Source of the DNA: Candidatus Woesearchaeota archaeon
GTDB lineage: Archaea; Nanobdellota; Nanobdellia; Woesearchaeales; ARS49
Reading direction: 5' to 3'
Assembly: GCA_016203225.1 (NCBI GenBank)
Contig: JACQNC010000014.1
Span: 25,653-89,652 of the forward strand
Length of the DNA stretch: 64,000 nucleotides
This document shows positions 30,201 to 37,371 of the stretch, piece by piece. The stretch's first letter is position 1. Each line of letters opens with the position of its first letter. The position numbers and the translations under genes were made by a program. The notes under the pieces are model-generated. The model saw nothing but the letters and a program-made list of their open reading frames with translations, was not told the DNA's origin and ran no database searches.

Positions 30201-33200
30201 AACACAGTCACTACAGGCGGAACGAGCACGTTCAACCACGGCATCACTCTCCAGCCGGGCGCGAACCAGAACAACATCACCAACAACAACGTGCGAACGT
30301 TCGTCGCCGGTAGCACGTATGGAATAGAATCTCAAGCGAACGATGCGCAGATAATCGGCAACAACGTGAGCACCCTCGGGACGAGCACGAGCAACCACGG
30401 AATGGCCATAATCTCTGCCGCCCGCAACGTAATCCGCAACAACTTCGTGCGCTCGCAAGGGAGCTCGTTCAACTACGGCACCATCATCCAGACGACCACA
30501 GATTCGGTCATAGAGCTGAATGACATAAGGGCGAACGCGGCAGGCAGCGGCGGCCACGGGCTCTACCTCTTCAGCAGCAGCGCGCGCAACAACGTGAGCA
30601 ATAACACGATCTCGAGTCTGGATAGTGGCAGTAATGGTGTTCGTATAGAGACGACGAGCACGGATAACATCATTCGTAATAATACTATCAGCACTAATGG
30701 GGCAAGCACGATCGGGGTGTATGTTCTCGTTACGAGCAACATCATCGATGGAAACGTGATCAGCACGAATGGATCGAGTTCAGGTCAGTACGGGGTTTAT
30801 GTCGGGGCATCTCACATACGGGTCACGAACAATGCCATCACTACGAATGGCACGACGGGAAACCACGGGATTTACGCGTTCAGTTCGGTGACGAACCTCA
30901 CAGCCACAAATAACGTCATAACTGTCGGAGGAACGAGCACCACCTCGAGCCCTACGGCAGGGATAAGGCTTGACACCAGTGTCACGAACAGCGTGTTGAC
31001 GAACAACACCATCACGGTCACGAACTCTGGCGCGGGGAGCCAGGGTGTGCTAATCACTGCGAGCTCGAACCTGAACAACTTTTCGATGACGACGATCAAC
31101 ATCCCCTCGAACGTCAACGCGACCGGCGTGCGCGTGGAGGCGACGTCATTGAACAACACGTTCAACTACACCACGATCTCCATCGCCGGCAACGAGCCCG
31201 CGCTGTCCGTCTCGACATCAAACACGACGCGGTTCTTCAACACGCACATCACCGCCCGCACCAAGTGGATCGACGCGGTCACGACCCAGATAAACATCAC
31301 GAACACGACCTTCAACTCCAGCGCGGGGAGAATCAACTATCAGGGTTCGTTGTTCAGCGCCGGCACCGTGAACGTCACCGCCGCGAAACTCAACACATCA
31401 TTCAACCGCGCGTTCCTCAACGCGACAAACCTCACGTTCCTGAACGCGAGCGCGTTCATAACGCTGCAAGGACTTCCGTTCGCCGACCCTGTGCTGCGCG
31501 TCGACTATTCAGGCACCGGCACGAACGTGACGTGTCCGTCAAGCACCTGCACGCGGATAAGCTATTCCGGCGGCACGCTGCTGTTCAACGTCAGCCACTG
31601 GACCACATTCACGTCAGGGGACAATACCGTCCCCACGATCGCGCAGGTCATCCTCAACACGACGAATCCCGCGACGAACGACACCAACCAGAACCTCACG
31701 GCGTACGTCATCAACGCGACGGACGCAGACGGTAACGATGTACAAAATATAACCGACTGGCGCAAACACAATGGTGTCAACTTCACATCGCTCGCGGTCG
31801 CGAACACGCCGTTCGAGACCGACGTGAGCAGCCTCGCGATCGGCGCTGTCCGCGACTACAGCACGTTCGCGAACAACGGCACGCTCGGCAACGGCACCGC
31901 AGGGAACGGATCGACATGGACGAGCGCAGGCAGGGTCGGAGGCGCTTACGTGTTCGACGGCGTCGACGATTTCATCGACCTCGGCGCCAGCCCTGTGCTC
32001 AATTTCGGCAGCGGCAACTTCACTTATGAGGCATGGATAAAGACATCTGCTCTCGGAGTGGGTTCGAGGATCATCGCGCAGGACCGGAATCTCGCCAACA
32101 ATCGTGCACTCGCCATCTTTGGGACCACGAATAAGTCGCTATTCACGTGTCGGGACAGCAGCTCCAACCAGATGTCGGCCGTAGGCAATACAACGATCCC
32201 TGACGGCAACTGGCACCATGTGGTCGGCGTAAGAAACGGCTCGACGGCGCTCATCTATGTCGACGGCGTGCTCGAGAACATGACCACCAACACCGCGGTA
32301 GGTTCGTGCGACGGTGACACCTCGACAAGGATCGGCAAGAGGGGAGCAGCAGGATTCCTGCCGTTCAACGGCACCATTGATGAGGTCCGTATCTACAACT
32401 TCTCGCTCACCGCGGGCCAAGTGCTGCAGAACTACCTCGATGGAAACGCGAGCAGGCACTCGATGACAGTCCATTCCGATGAGACGAACGCGAGCGACGT
32501 CTGGCAGACGTGCGCCACGCCCAACGACAACATCATCGACGGCAGCACCGTGTGCAGTAACAACGTGACCATCCAGGCGGCCGCGGGCAACACGGCTCCG
32601 ACTGCGCCGGTCCTACTCTTCCCCGCGAACAACAGCAACGTCACCACGAGAAGCCCGAACTTCAACTGGAGCAACAGCACAGATGCTGAAGGCGTGTCGG
32701 TGAACTACAGCATCGAGATCGCGACGAACCCGAGCTTCTCCAGCATCGTCGTCAACACCACAGGCATCAACAGCCTCGCGAACTCCAACACGACCAACTT
32801 CACGATAAGCCAGGTGCTCGACGTCGACACGGTCTACTGGTGGCGCGTCATCGCTACTGACGGCACGTTCTTCAGCCCGTACAGCGGCGTGTTCAACTTC
32901 ACGCTGCAGAGCTTCCTCAGCATCACGCTAATCAACGACACGGTAAACTTCGGCAACGTCACCCTCGGCGTGGAGAAGAACACGACAAACGAGTCCGTCT
33001 TCCCGTTCCTGTTGGAGAACACCGGCAACGTGTTCGTGAACATCACCATAACCGGCGAGAAGATATTCCAGCAGGCCGCGTTCCCGAGCACGAGCTACCG
33101 GTACAAGGCGCGCGCGAACGAATCCGGCGCGTTCAACACGGGCGCGAGCACGCTGACATTCACGAACGTCACCAACGTTAGCACGACCAAGGACATCGTC

Positions 33201-33314
33201 GACCTCAACTGGACTAACGCCAAGGACGACGCCAAGATCGACGTGCAGATCGTCACTCCCACAGACGAACCGCCCGGAGTGAAAAACAGTACCTTCACGT
33301 TCACGGTAGCATGA
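18297..33314 (+). CDS. Giant 5005-aa surface adhesin: 8 LamG/ConA-like modules nested in Ig-like repeats, parallel beta-helix regions, FN3-like and C-terminal pilin-like domain
   Basis: N-terminal TM followed by ITG; eight GxxGxxYx(F/Y)DG...(I/M)D(E/Q)...N units; NNTI-type PbH1 repeats; very dense NxS/T sequons; no C-terminal TM. Confidence 0.9.
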   Translation: MGKGGGLQSYRSAPSRLASRFDTLYVAAMRSPAAARKQYPALLDLYQKLLGSDASIAVKSFAYQKTSQVYRLAQSSGTHFASPTTPSWMMPLSFIVILLTLTLFLRPGITGFFGIETRSVSEALALSSSSSSGVLTLQGIPDSLVFDGTWNGQGIGRVYAVFADGHRLLAADTTLLPTMPGATFHFTQTCVETCDNLDAPSNVVTVEFEVSDGAEMLLDQVTYTTSENNPPAWVGTTNTFEMTDTLTLDLSTLFFDPDGDTLTFLATAPELLQVRLEGSTLTLTPEPGFTSDTVSVIASDGIAISQATLIITRTTVETAPSITPVYETSETVQEPALSTAAPTQNVTTTGLLTTDGFSIATDVTACGTLTNANNTLINNVTAATGTCFVMNCNDCFLDCAGNTVTYGNTTSVGAGITAASRANITIRNCRFAHGGGGSAGIVGINLTSITAGSIQDSRVTVNGTTDSDGIALLGNTSQFTISNVTTAVTMTGSGTLNSNAVRLAGASGSVFVDRVNISSSTLGITGVRGPVSILMTNISNVIMDGNVISANSTNTGGKGIAASGVLVFNVTARNNTLALSSTAAGTDTIFLSGVAHKIINNTINSSAATTGITGIRFGSNASNASQNRVFVSGSNPIGLKADSSVNAIFEDNMVTIPSSSATTGYGLYAVTSALNTTFRRNNVTFTGSTANTQLIRVESQANLTWFDSNILTGDSTGTSSGVYIQNSYGMRFTGNVFRNVFRWMGQENVSGFPSVTANYTGNQFTTDFGSINITPRVQLNGTFNVTQAHLNVTLNRSYVNATNLTFFNTSAFITLNLSALSIVNPKPMLDSADTGAFVTCPASKCTEQSFTNSMFVFNVSSWTTFAAAETGNSAPTISSVILNTTNTSTNNTNQNLTLYLNGVADVDNDSVQNITDWRLWNGSTFKSLATLNMPFETNLSATTTRAVSDYSTSKNNGTLGGGTASAVPSWITTGRVGGAYKFDGINDYIDVPDNESLDMSSITISAWINTTTSGVNNMIVTRDTNSGAGTRIFQFRINAANKVDCILFIGGSADTNNIGLTSVNDGSWHHVACTYNQATGSVRVYFDGLPEYNETQAATALDSGTIGYYIGKFEDGGGPVMYTGMIDEVQVFNRPLSQQQIYQMYLEGNQGRHVRTMHANETELNDIWRVAVTPNDDVEDGATTSSNNVTILQTLNEAPSISQVILNTTNPSANSSQQDLTGFIIGVSDAEGDPVQNITDWRVNGSSLAALNLPFETNTSNLTNRSIRDYSTFKNNASLGGGASANAPAWNRTGIRGGSYRFDGTNDFIIVHQNESLDFTQQYTLEAWVNITAHKNYNVLFTRGVGEADDIEWYYTSTPQFTIVHNRGNGGTTAVIQQTVASPTAGQWTYVAVTYRNGTLRYFLNGAEVALTSATNVQAPLDTNRDWKIGATAHSAFGGTGFFQGQMDEVRFYNRSLSPEQIRQNYAESNASRGLKPVLLHNELGIGQNWTLAVTPNDNQPNTDGTTVLSNSVLLTSGIPSITSVTLNTTNPATNSTSTNLTVYVTGASDPDGDPVQNITDWRTHNGTAFNSIAILYMPFETNTSNLANTVVKDYSTYQNNGTTGQSALTQIPAWTSSGKVGGAYRFDGSNDRINITDSASITTALARSTTFEAWVNVNASTGAGQVIVGQGDSQAAAENTFLRLQLSSTLVPQLTHRTSGDASTQTVSATGAIAPNQWYHIAGVRVAGSELRIYVNGALNATAAGDNGNTFSSSRSLGIGVDMEIDGTDASAFFNGTIDEVRIYNRTLTTDQIRADFERGQTGIPMTMIVHNETTAGDIWQVAVTPNDNRQNTDGTTLFSNITILSNVAPSISQVILNSTNPVTNNTNQNLTAYVIGASDADGDAVRNITNWRRNGTSIAVWHLAFESNISSTSAGLIRDYGTHSNNATLGAGSSTNAPTWNLSGRVGGAYIYDGVNDYIQSATNGLNAFGGFGATTGSTMEAWIKTGSSASMSAVGFGLSSSATPILAMTFVSGTVRYQYRTDNAAELGGGIYDSTKTVNDNQWHHVVLRRSGTTFEIYIDGVVNKTGTDASSFNTLTTNRQVTGARRSTTDTQFFNGTIDEVRLYNFSLTPQQILQNFLDGNQSRDHATMVSTELAVGDIWQTAVTPNDGIEDGVAVLSNNVTIINNRPTIAQVILNSTNPASNSTQHNLTVTVINASDVEGDGVQNITDWRRHNGVNFTSIAVLNFPFETNVSVTTAKAIRDYSTFANNGTLGGGVSTGIPTFTNGTVGMAYSFDGTDDRINVSNNVVFNMTRWTLEAWIKPTAIGDTPIIVRTANAAGTQQLIDIPSGVIKGYTLRINTPENNGFCVVGDGSTAFSASSAANTVLTGIWTHLACAYNGSYITLYINGTAVATTSVGTISYTHTGDLQLGHGFTSTPAEVLYSGLIDEAFVYNRTLGAAELVSHYQLGKAGRRYSTMLSSELQAGDVWQVAVTPNDNKPNTDGETVLSNNVTIQANSAPIIQQVILNSTNPATNSTNHNLTVSVIGASDIDGEQVQNVTDWRRYNGTGFTSMAMLNMPFDINGSSNVRDYSTYQNNGTLGAGAASPTWNTSGKIGGAYQFDGGDYISRNTVTLPTGSVASAEAWIYPTAYADATYNGIVSWGSRTSADSFLLSIQSTGRPSFATWANDFVPTWGPVATLNAWNHIAAVLNGTYVVLYMNGQPIKGTIDATPNMVSTNLGIGITDYPGRYFTGLIDQMRVYNRSLSEDEVLQSMRDGNTSKNLMALVAQELQPNDIWLVAATPNDRTIDGTTVLSGNVTVVNSTPAITGLVLNMTDPATNDTNQNLTMYVTSAFDIDNDSFQNITDWRRNGTSIAVLNVPFETNSSTTVRDYSTFGNNGTTYGTMRAQYSVTASGNSYLYEDLTSVTDYVIASGDVLEYDVYWNSAEDYVAFDYTTSDASALRAAGATDQNGLDAHPTTDISGYARGKWYHRIISLPSGHVGKTIVNYDIATESDTTGTKLGYLDNIYITNGTGTIRKVIFDGSSFTHSTHLSSSATLTALDHLGVFARYWNATGKRGGGYAFDGRNDHITTTTSFVNPQDFTLSFWFKTAHASGKKIVGFEQDQTGEGTTNYDRHVWMGTDGKIHFGWNPTPIMVVNSTATLNDGNWHHVAALHNSSGSFGALYVDGVFQQSATGAAQSFTGYWRIGSYILTSWPLSSNGYFNGSIDEVLVFNRSLSSNEISRIILDQNQSRPLTVMVSPELRAGDVWTVAATPNDGTIDGPTTLSNNVTIQQATGCSTITGSTTLDSNVSSTGTCVTVGANDITLDCAGFTITYDTSGSGGASAVSASGRRNVTVKNCVFNDGTVGGGFGAGINFTSVNDSLIFNNTIQTNGTSDNYGVVLRSGSNNTVIRNNTVRTQGSSTDNYGINLVTATLNTVEGNTVVTNGTGTDEGIRLTSTSANNVVRLNNVNATSSSTNGLLVSSSSGNNVTNNTVRTGSGQAYRVESSSNNYVANNTGTSTSGNVFASASSSYNQYTRNIATSTSGNTFSAGGSNNESFTYNRGTSTSGNGLLLSASSSDNNITGNNFTSTSSTSVYIFSSSRNLLINNTVTSSSVYGMFVESSSMHNRVLTNTVSSSSSSGLRIDTSAHNNTFINSTFTSDTDRAVDIISSQNNTLINATLLTNSTWITADATSTGNTIANTVFWRPNGEIRFTPTITLSNSSTINLAKLNTSFNRAFLNATNLSFMNASAFIALNGLTFTDAQAVVDYADTGTNVTCPADVCTEVSYTGGVFVFNVSHWTTFQAQEFVTDCGNLTASSTLTNSVSSTGTCFIIAANDVTLDCAGFGITYDTSGAGGASGVLSFNHSNLVVKNCNINDFNASGALSTGINFTLVNNSQIFNNTIQTNGTTDNYGILLRGPSQSDEVWANTIRTRGTSSANYGVYLTGTNRYHNIFNNIILTNGTSSNQGVRLESGAANNTINNNTVTTGGTSTFNHGITLQPGANQNNITNNNVRTFVAGSTYGIESQANDAQIIGNNVSTLGTSTSNHGMAIISAARNVIRNNFVRSQGSSFNYGTIIQTTTDSVIELNDIRANAAGSGGHGLYLFSSSARNNVSNNTISSLDSGSNGVRIETTSTDNIIRNNTISTNGASTIGVYVLVTSNIIDGNVISTNGSSSGQYGVYVGASHIRVTNNAITTNGTTGNHGIYAFSSVTNLTATNNVITVGGTSTTSSPTAGIRLDTSVTNSVLTNNTITVTNSGAGSQGVLITASSNLNNFSMTTINIPSNVNATGVRVEATSLNNTFNYTTISIAGNEPALSVSTSNTTRFFNTHITARTKWIDAVTTQINITNTTFNSSAGRINYQGSLFSAGTVNVTAAKLNTSFNRAFLNATNLTFLNASAFITLQGLPFADPVLRVDYSGTGTNVTCPSSTCTRISYSGGTLLFNVSHWTTFTSGDNTVPTIAQVILNTTNPATNDTNQNLTAYVINATDADGNDVQNITDWRKHNGVNFTSLAVANTPFETDVSSLAIGAVRDYSTFANNGTLGNGTAGNGSTWTSAGRVGGAYVFDGVDDFIDLGASPVLNFGSGNFTYEAWIKTSALGVGSRIIAQDRNLANNRALAIFGTTNKSLFTCRDSSSNQMSAVGNTTIPDGNWHHVVGVRNGSTALIYVDGVLENMTTNTAVGSCDGDTSTRIGKRGAAGFLPFNGTIDEVRIYNFSLTAGQVLQNYLDGNASRHSMTVHSDETNASDVWQTCATPNDNIIDGSTVCSNNVTIQAAAGNTAPTAPVLLFPANNSNVTTRSPNFNWSNSTDAEGVSVNYSIEIATNPSFSSIVVNTTGINSLANSNTTNFTISQVLDVDTVYWWRVIATDGTFFSPYSGVFNFTLQSFLSITLINDTVNFGNVTLGVEKNTTNESVFPFLLENTGNVFVNITITGEKIFQQAAFPSTSYRYKARANESGAFNTGASTLTFTNVTNVSTTKDIVDLNWTNAKDDAKIDVQIVTPTDEPPGVKNSTFTFTVA

Positions 33315-34810
33315 AGAAAACAACCGATAGCAGGATAGCGCAGGATCGCAATAGTCCGCAGACTCCTCCGCGTTCCCGGGCCGTCTCCGCTTCGCCCGCT
33401 CCCCGCTCTTCTCCCCCGGCACGATTGACGTCGCTTCATCGCAGTCGATTCGGAAGCAATGAAGCCACTACCAACCTGCTTGGGGATGTTCACGCGTGGG
33501 ACGGCAGGCAGGCGTTCTGCAAGTTCATGCTCTGCTTCAGCCTAATCATCCTGCTCAGCCTTTCCGTATCAGCGTTCGGCATCAGGCCAGCACAAAAAAC
33601 AATCGAGTTCGTGCCCGGCGCGGAATACGACGGCCGTTTCACCATCGTGCGCGACTCGGGCGAGCCAGCGAACGTGCGCGTGTACGCCGAAGGCGCGCTC
33701 GCGCCGTACATAACGTTCGACCAGGACACCCTAACGCTCGAGGGACTCGAGGCGGACATACACTATCATGTTAAACTGCCGTCAGATATCGCGCCAGGCG
33801 ACAGCCTCGGCAGGATAATGGTCGAACAACAGCTACCATCAGGCGAGGACGGCATCGGCGCGCGCATAAGGATCACGTTCAAGATCCACGTCACCGCGCC
33901 CTACCCTGAGAAGTTCATCGGCGGCGCGCTCGACGTCACGAGTGCGGGATACGACCTCGCCGTCAAGACCACCATCCAGAACCTCGGAATAACTTCCCTC
34001 GCGGAGGTCCACCCCCTCGTCACCATAACGGACGCGGATGACGCTCAAGTCACGCAAGTCTCGCTACCGAAGAAACCGCTGCCCATCGCGACGACAGAGA
34101 CATTCGAGCGCACAGTCACCCTGCCCGGCATCAAGAACGGGGTCTACCGCGCGACGGCCGCGGTCACGTACGACGGCGCGCTGCTCGAACTAATCAAGGA
34201 ATTCACCATCGGCAACCCCACGGTCACGATCGCGTACAAAGACCAGTACCTCAAGGCAGGCGAGATCAACACGTTCAACTTCGAGGTCGTCAACCAGTGG
34301 AACGCCCCCATCGATAACATCGTCGCGCGGCTCTCCATCCAAGGAAACGAACAGGAACTCGCCGCGTTCAAGACCGAACGCTTCAGCCTCGCGGCCCACG
34401 AACGCAAGAGGGTCACGGCATATCTCGACGCGCGCAAGCTCGCGCCAGGACAGTACCCCGCGATGCTGAGCATCATCCACGACGCGGGAAGCATAGACGA
34501 GCCGTTCCTGATAGAACTCCTCGAGATAGACGAATACGAACAAAAGGTCACGGAAGCGCCAGCCAAGCTCCCGTGGGCGCCATTGGCGGGGCTCATCGCG
34601 CTGCTCATCTTCAACACGGTAATTATAGGGATGATAATCCTGAAGCTCGTCAAGCGCGGAAAGGAAGTGGACGCGTCAGACGCCGTCGCGGCGTTCGCGA
34701 CCAAGGCCAGAAAGCTCGGTTTCGATGACGCTGAGATACGGCAGCGCCTCCAGAAGGCGGGCTGGTCAAGCCAGGTCATAGAGCGAGGCATGCAAAAAAC
34801 AGGAAAATAG
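33311..34810 (+). CDS. Membrane-anchored multi-Ig-fold protein (PapD/DUF916-like N-terminus)
   Basis: Signal peptide then FGIRPAQ..., C-terminal TM and KLGFDDAEIRQRLQKAGW tail; start may be 33311 (coupled) or later. Confidence 0.7.
   Translation: MKKTTDSRIAQDRNSPQTPPRSRAVSASPAPRSSPPARLTSLHRSRFGSNEATTNLLGDVHAWDGRQAFCKFMLCFSLIILLSLSVSAFGIRPAQKTIEFVPGAEYDGRFTIVRDSGEPANVRVYAEGALAPYITFDQDTLTLEGLEADIHYHVKLPSDIAPGDSLGRIMVEQQLPSGEDGIGARIRITFKIHVTAPYPEKFIGGALDVTSAGYDLAVKTTIQNLGITSLAEVHPLVTITDADDAQVTQVSLPKKPLPIATTETFERTVTLPGIKNGVYRATAAVTYDGALLELIKEFTIGNPTVTIAYKDQYLKAGEINTFNFEVVNQWNAPIDNIVARLSIQGNEQELAAFKTERFSLAAHERKRVTAYLDARKLAPGQYPAMLSIIHDAGSIDEPFLIELLEIDEYEQKVTEAPAKLPWAPLAGLIALLIFNTVIIGMIILKLVKRGKEVDASDAVAAFATKARKLGFDDAEIRQRLQKAGWSSQVIERGMQKTGK
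33414..33484. repeat. Palindromic element copy C (71 bp)
   Basis: CCCCGGCACGATTGACGTCGCTTCAT...ATGAAGCCACTACCAACCTGCTTGGG. Confidence 0.9.
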
Positions 34811-34900
34811 CGTGGATTGAGAGTCTGGACGCCACATCCACAAATAGAAATGTTTAAATATGACTAGACTGTCGGGTTGACTAGCAAAAGGAGGTTCCCG

Positions 34901-35131
34901 ATGGCTCAAGACATCTCGAAGAAGACACTCGTCATTCTGGTGTTCATCATCATCCTCGTGACCATAATCGGCACGTGGGCCGTCCTGAACACGTCAACAC
35001 AGCAATTGGTCCGCAGCTCGGGCCAGGCCAAGGGCATCGTCATGTTCCAAATAGTAGGCGCAGAACCACAAGCGCCGCAGCAAAGCGCCAGCGAAATCAC
35101 TGGCAACGCAGTATTCCAAATCGTCGGCTAA
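34901..35131 (+). CDS. Small membrane protein (76 aa): TM plus two Gxx(M/V)FQIVG strands
   Basis: GGAGG RBS, TTTAAATA promoter at 34853; DISKKTL N-terminus shared with the next gene. Confidence 0.8.
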   Translation: MAQDISKKTLVILVFIIILVTIIGTWAVLNTSTQQLVRSSGQAKGIVMFQIVGAEPQAPQQSASEITGNAVFQIVG

Positions 35132-35144
35132 AGGAGGCGAACGA

Positions 35145-35816
35145 ATGGCAAAAGATGACATATCGAACAAAAGCCTCGCGACATTGCTAATAGTGGCGAT
35201 CGTCGTGAGCGTTGGAGGGACGTGGCTCGTGCTCAACAAGGCACCAAGCCTGCTCACCATCACAGGCCTCCAGTCGAGCACAGACACCGGAACAGCGCTC
35301 CTGCAGATCAACACGGTCGCATCCCTGCGGTTCGCGGTGGATGTCGTCAACTTCCAGAACGGTTCTGTAAACACGTCTTCGGGCAACACCGTGTGCACTA
35401 TGGATACGACCGGTGTCAGCCTGGCGCGGAGCCAGTGCATCAACTTCACGAACGTCACCGCCGGATTCCAGATAGAGAACGACGGTTCCACGAACCTGAG
35501 CGTCAACCTCTCATCCGACAAGAGCGCAGACACGTTCTTCGGCGGGAGTGCGTCTTTGAACGAGTTCAAGTGGAAGATCAGCCAGAACGAGTCGTCCTCG
35601 TGCTTGAACAGCACGGGTGGTTCGGGCGGCACGACAGTGACTCCGACCGCGTACACTGACGTCGACACCAGCGCTGGAGGCATAACGGTGTGTCCGTTCC
35701 TCAAATTCCTCGACGCGTCGGACAGCATCAAGGTCGACATCAACGTCACCATCCCGTACGACGCGACATCGGGAGTCAAGACGGCGACACTGACCGCGAC
35801 CGGCACAACGGTTTAA
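35145..35816 (+). CDS. Pilin-like/surface subunit, paralog 1
   Basis: DISNKSL-TM-ITG, beta-rich domain with 4 Cys ending GVKTATLTATGTTV; strong RBS. Confidence 0.8.
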   Translation: MAKDDISNKSLATLLIVAIVVSVGGTWLVLNKAPSLLTITGLQSSTDTGTALLQINTVASLRFAVDVVNFQNGSVNTSSGNTVCTMDTTGVSLARSQCINFTNVTAGFQIENDGSTNLSVNLSSDKSADTFFGGSASLNEFKWKISQNESSSCLNSTGGSGGTTVTPTAYTDVDTSAGGITVCPFLKFLDASDSIKVDINVTIPYDATSGVKTATLTATGTTV

Positions 35817-35845
35817 GTCTTGTTTTTTCCTTTTTTTTTTCATTT
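35817..35845 (+). terminator. Oligo-T archaeal terminator
   Basis: TCTTGTTTTTTCCTTTTTTTTTT directly after the stop codon. Confidence 0.7.
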
Positions 35846-35858
35846 ATCCAAGGTCCGC

Positions 35859-36968
35859 ATGAGGCTCCTGAGCATCATCCTGGGATTTCTGCTGTTCCTT
35901 CTTGTCCCTTCTGTCTCCGCCGTCGGCATCACGCCCGCGAAGATAATCCTCGAGTACCGGCCGATCGAGTACTCGCTCGACTTCACCATAATGAACGCGG
36001 AAGCAATCGACACGTACGTCGCGGGCGATCTCGCGCAGTACGCAGAGATAATCGATCCGGCCCCCGGGACGGGTCCGCGGCAATTCAGGGTCATCCTTAG
36101 ACTGCCCCCCGACCTCGAGCCTCCAGGCAAACGAGTGCTGTTCGTGGGTGCGATAGAGCACGTGCCTGAAGGCGCAGCGACAGTAGGCGCGCGCGCAGCC
36201 ATCCAGGCGCCGGTCTACGTGTTCGTCCCTTATCCCGGGATCTACCTCGAGCCCGAGCTCATCGCACCGAGCGTGAACGAGAACGAGCCCGTGAACATGA
36301 CGCTCACCATAGTGAACCGCGGCCGCGATCCTGTCTCTGCGCTCAGCGCGCAAGTGCTCGTGATCGATGACGTGACCAACAAGACTCTCGCAACGCTCAC
36401 CGCCGAGCCTGTCCGTATCGAAGGCGACAGGAGCAAGGACATCAGGTTCGACTGGGAAAGCCGCGGCAGCAGACCAGGACCCTACCGCGCAAAGGCTGTC
36501 ATCCGGTATGACGACCAGATAATGGAGCGCGAAGCGGGCTTCAGGATCGGGACGCAGATCGTGCGCATCATAAACTTCACCCAAGAGGTCCTCGCAGGGT
36601 CAATCAACCCCTTCGAGGTCACGGTCAAGAGCGAGTGGAACTCGCCGTTCAGCAGCGTGTACGCCGATGTCACGATCAATGACCAGACGTTCAAGACGCC
36701 CTACGTGACCCTCGACCCATGGCAGCTCGGGACGCTTGTCGGCTACTGGGACGCCACGAGCGTCGCGCCAGGCACGTACGACGCGGACATCATCCTTCAC
36801 TATGGCGACCTGACCGCGCGAGTCAACGGCCCTGTCAGGGTCGTGACGCGGACTGTCGGGGAATCGCCCCAGTCTTTCGGGTCAGGATGGATACGCACCG
36901 CGTTCGCGCTGCTCATCGTGGTCATAGCGCTGATATTCTTCATCAGGAGGCGGAAGCGTGAAGCGTAA
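35859..36968 (+). CDS. Membrane-anchored multi-Ig-fold protein (paralog of 33311 gene)
   Basis: Signal peptide, AVGITPAK, GSINPFEVTVKSEWNSP (cf. GEINTFNFEVVNQWNAP), C-terminal TM plus RRRKR. Confidence 0.8.
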   Translation: MRLLSIILGFLLFLLVPSVSAVGITPAKIILEYRPIEYSLDFTIMNAEAIDTYVAGDLAQYAEIIDPAPGTGPRQFRVILRLPPDLEPPGKRVLFVGAIEHVPEGAATVGARAAIQAPVYVFVPYPGIYLEPELIAPSVNENEPVNMTLTIVNRGRDPVSALSAQVLVIDDVTNKTLATLTAEPVRIEGDRSKDIRFDWESRGSRPGPYRAKAVIRYDDQIMEREAGFRIGTQIVRIINFTQEVLAGSINPFEVTVKSEWNSPFSSVYADVTINDQTFKTPYVTLDPWQLGTLVGYWDATSVAPGTYDADIILHYGDLTARVNGPVRVVTRTVGESPQSFGSGWIRTAFALLIVVIALIFFIRRRKREA

Positions 36969-37371
36969 GTACGCGCTCCTGCTGGCTTTGCTAGCGCTAG
37001 TAACCGCGTTCGCGACAGGCATAGTCTACGTGCGGATGAACACTCTCGACGAACAACGCATCCTTTTGGATGTCACGGTCGACGCGAACTACGCGTTCGA
37101 CCTCGACACCGACGCATTCCACTTCGGCAGGGTCATACCCGGCGGCATGATGACCCGCGGCTTCCTCATCAACAACACGCAAGACGAGGCTGTGCTCGCT
37201 GAACTGTACATCAGCGGCGACATCGCAAGGTTCATCACGGCGTCCGAAACGAGCGTGGTCGTCGGCGCCCACGAAGCGAGGACGGTCGACCTCACGGTCT
37301 CCATCCCCCGCAACGCCACGTTCTCGACGCACACTGGAGAGTTGCGCGTCATCTTCAGGAGGTCCCCATGA
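36958..37371 (+). CDS. Minor pilin-like protein (137 aa)
   Basis: N-terminal TM, FHFGRVIPG...LTVSIPRNA...HTGELRV terminal strand. Confidence 0.75.
   Translation: MKRKYALLLALLALVTAFATGIVYVRMNTLDEQRILLDVTVDANYAFDLDTDAFHFGRVIPGGMMTRGFLINNTQDEAVLAELYISGDIARFITASETSVVVGAHEARTVDLTVSIPRNATFSTHTGELRVIFRRSP

Noticed and set aside
18330-33422. Many antisense and alternate-frame ORFs (up to 497 aa) within the giant gene
   Set aside because: Expected shadows of a GC3-rich, Asn/Thr/Ser-rich CDS; no motifs or expression signals.
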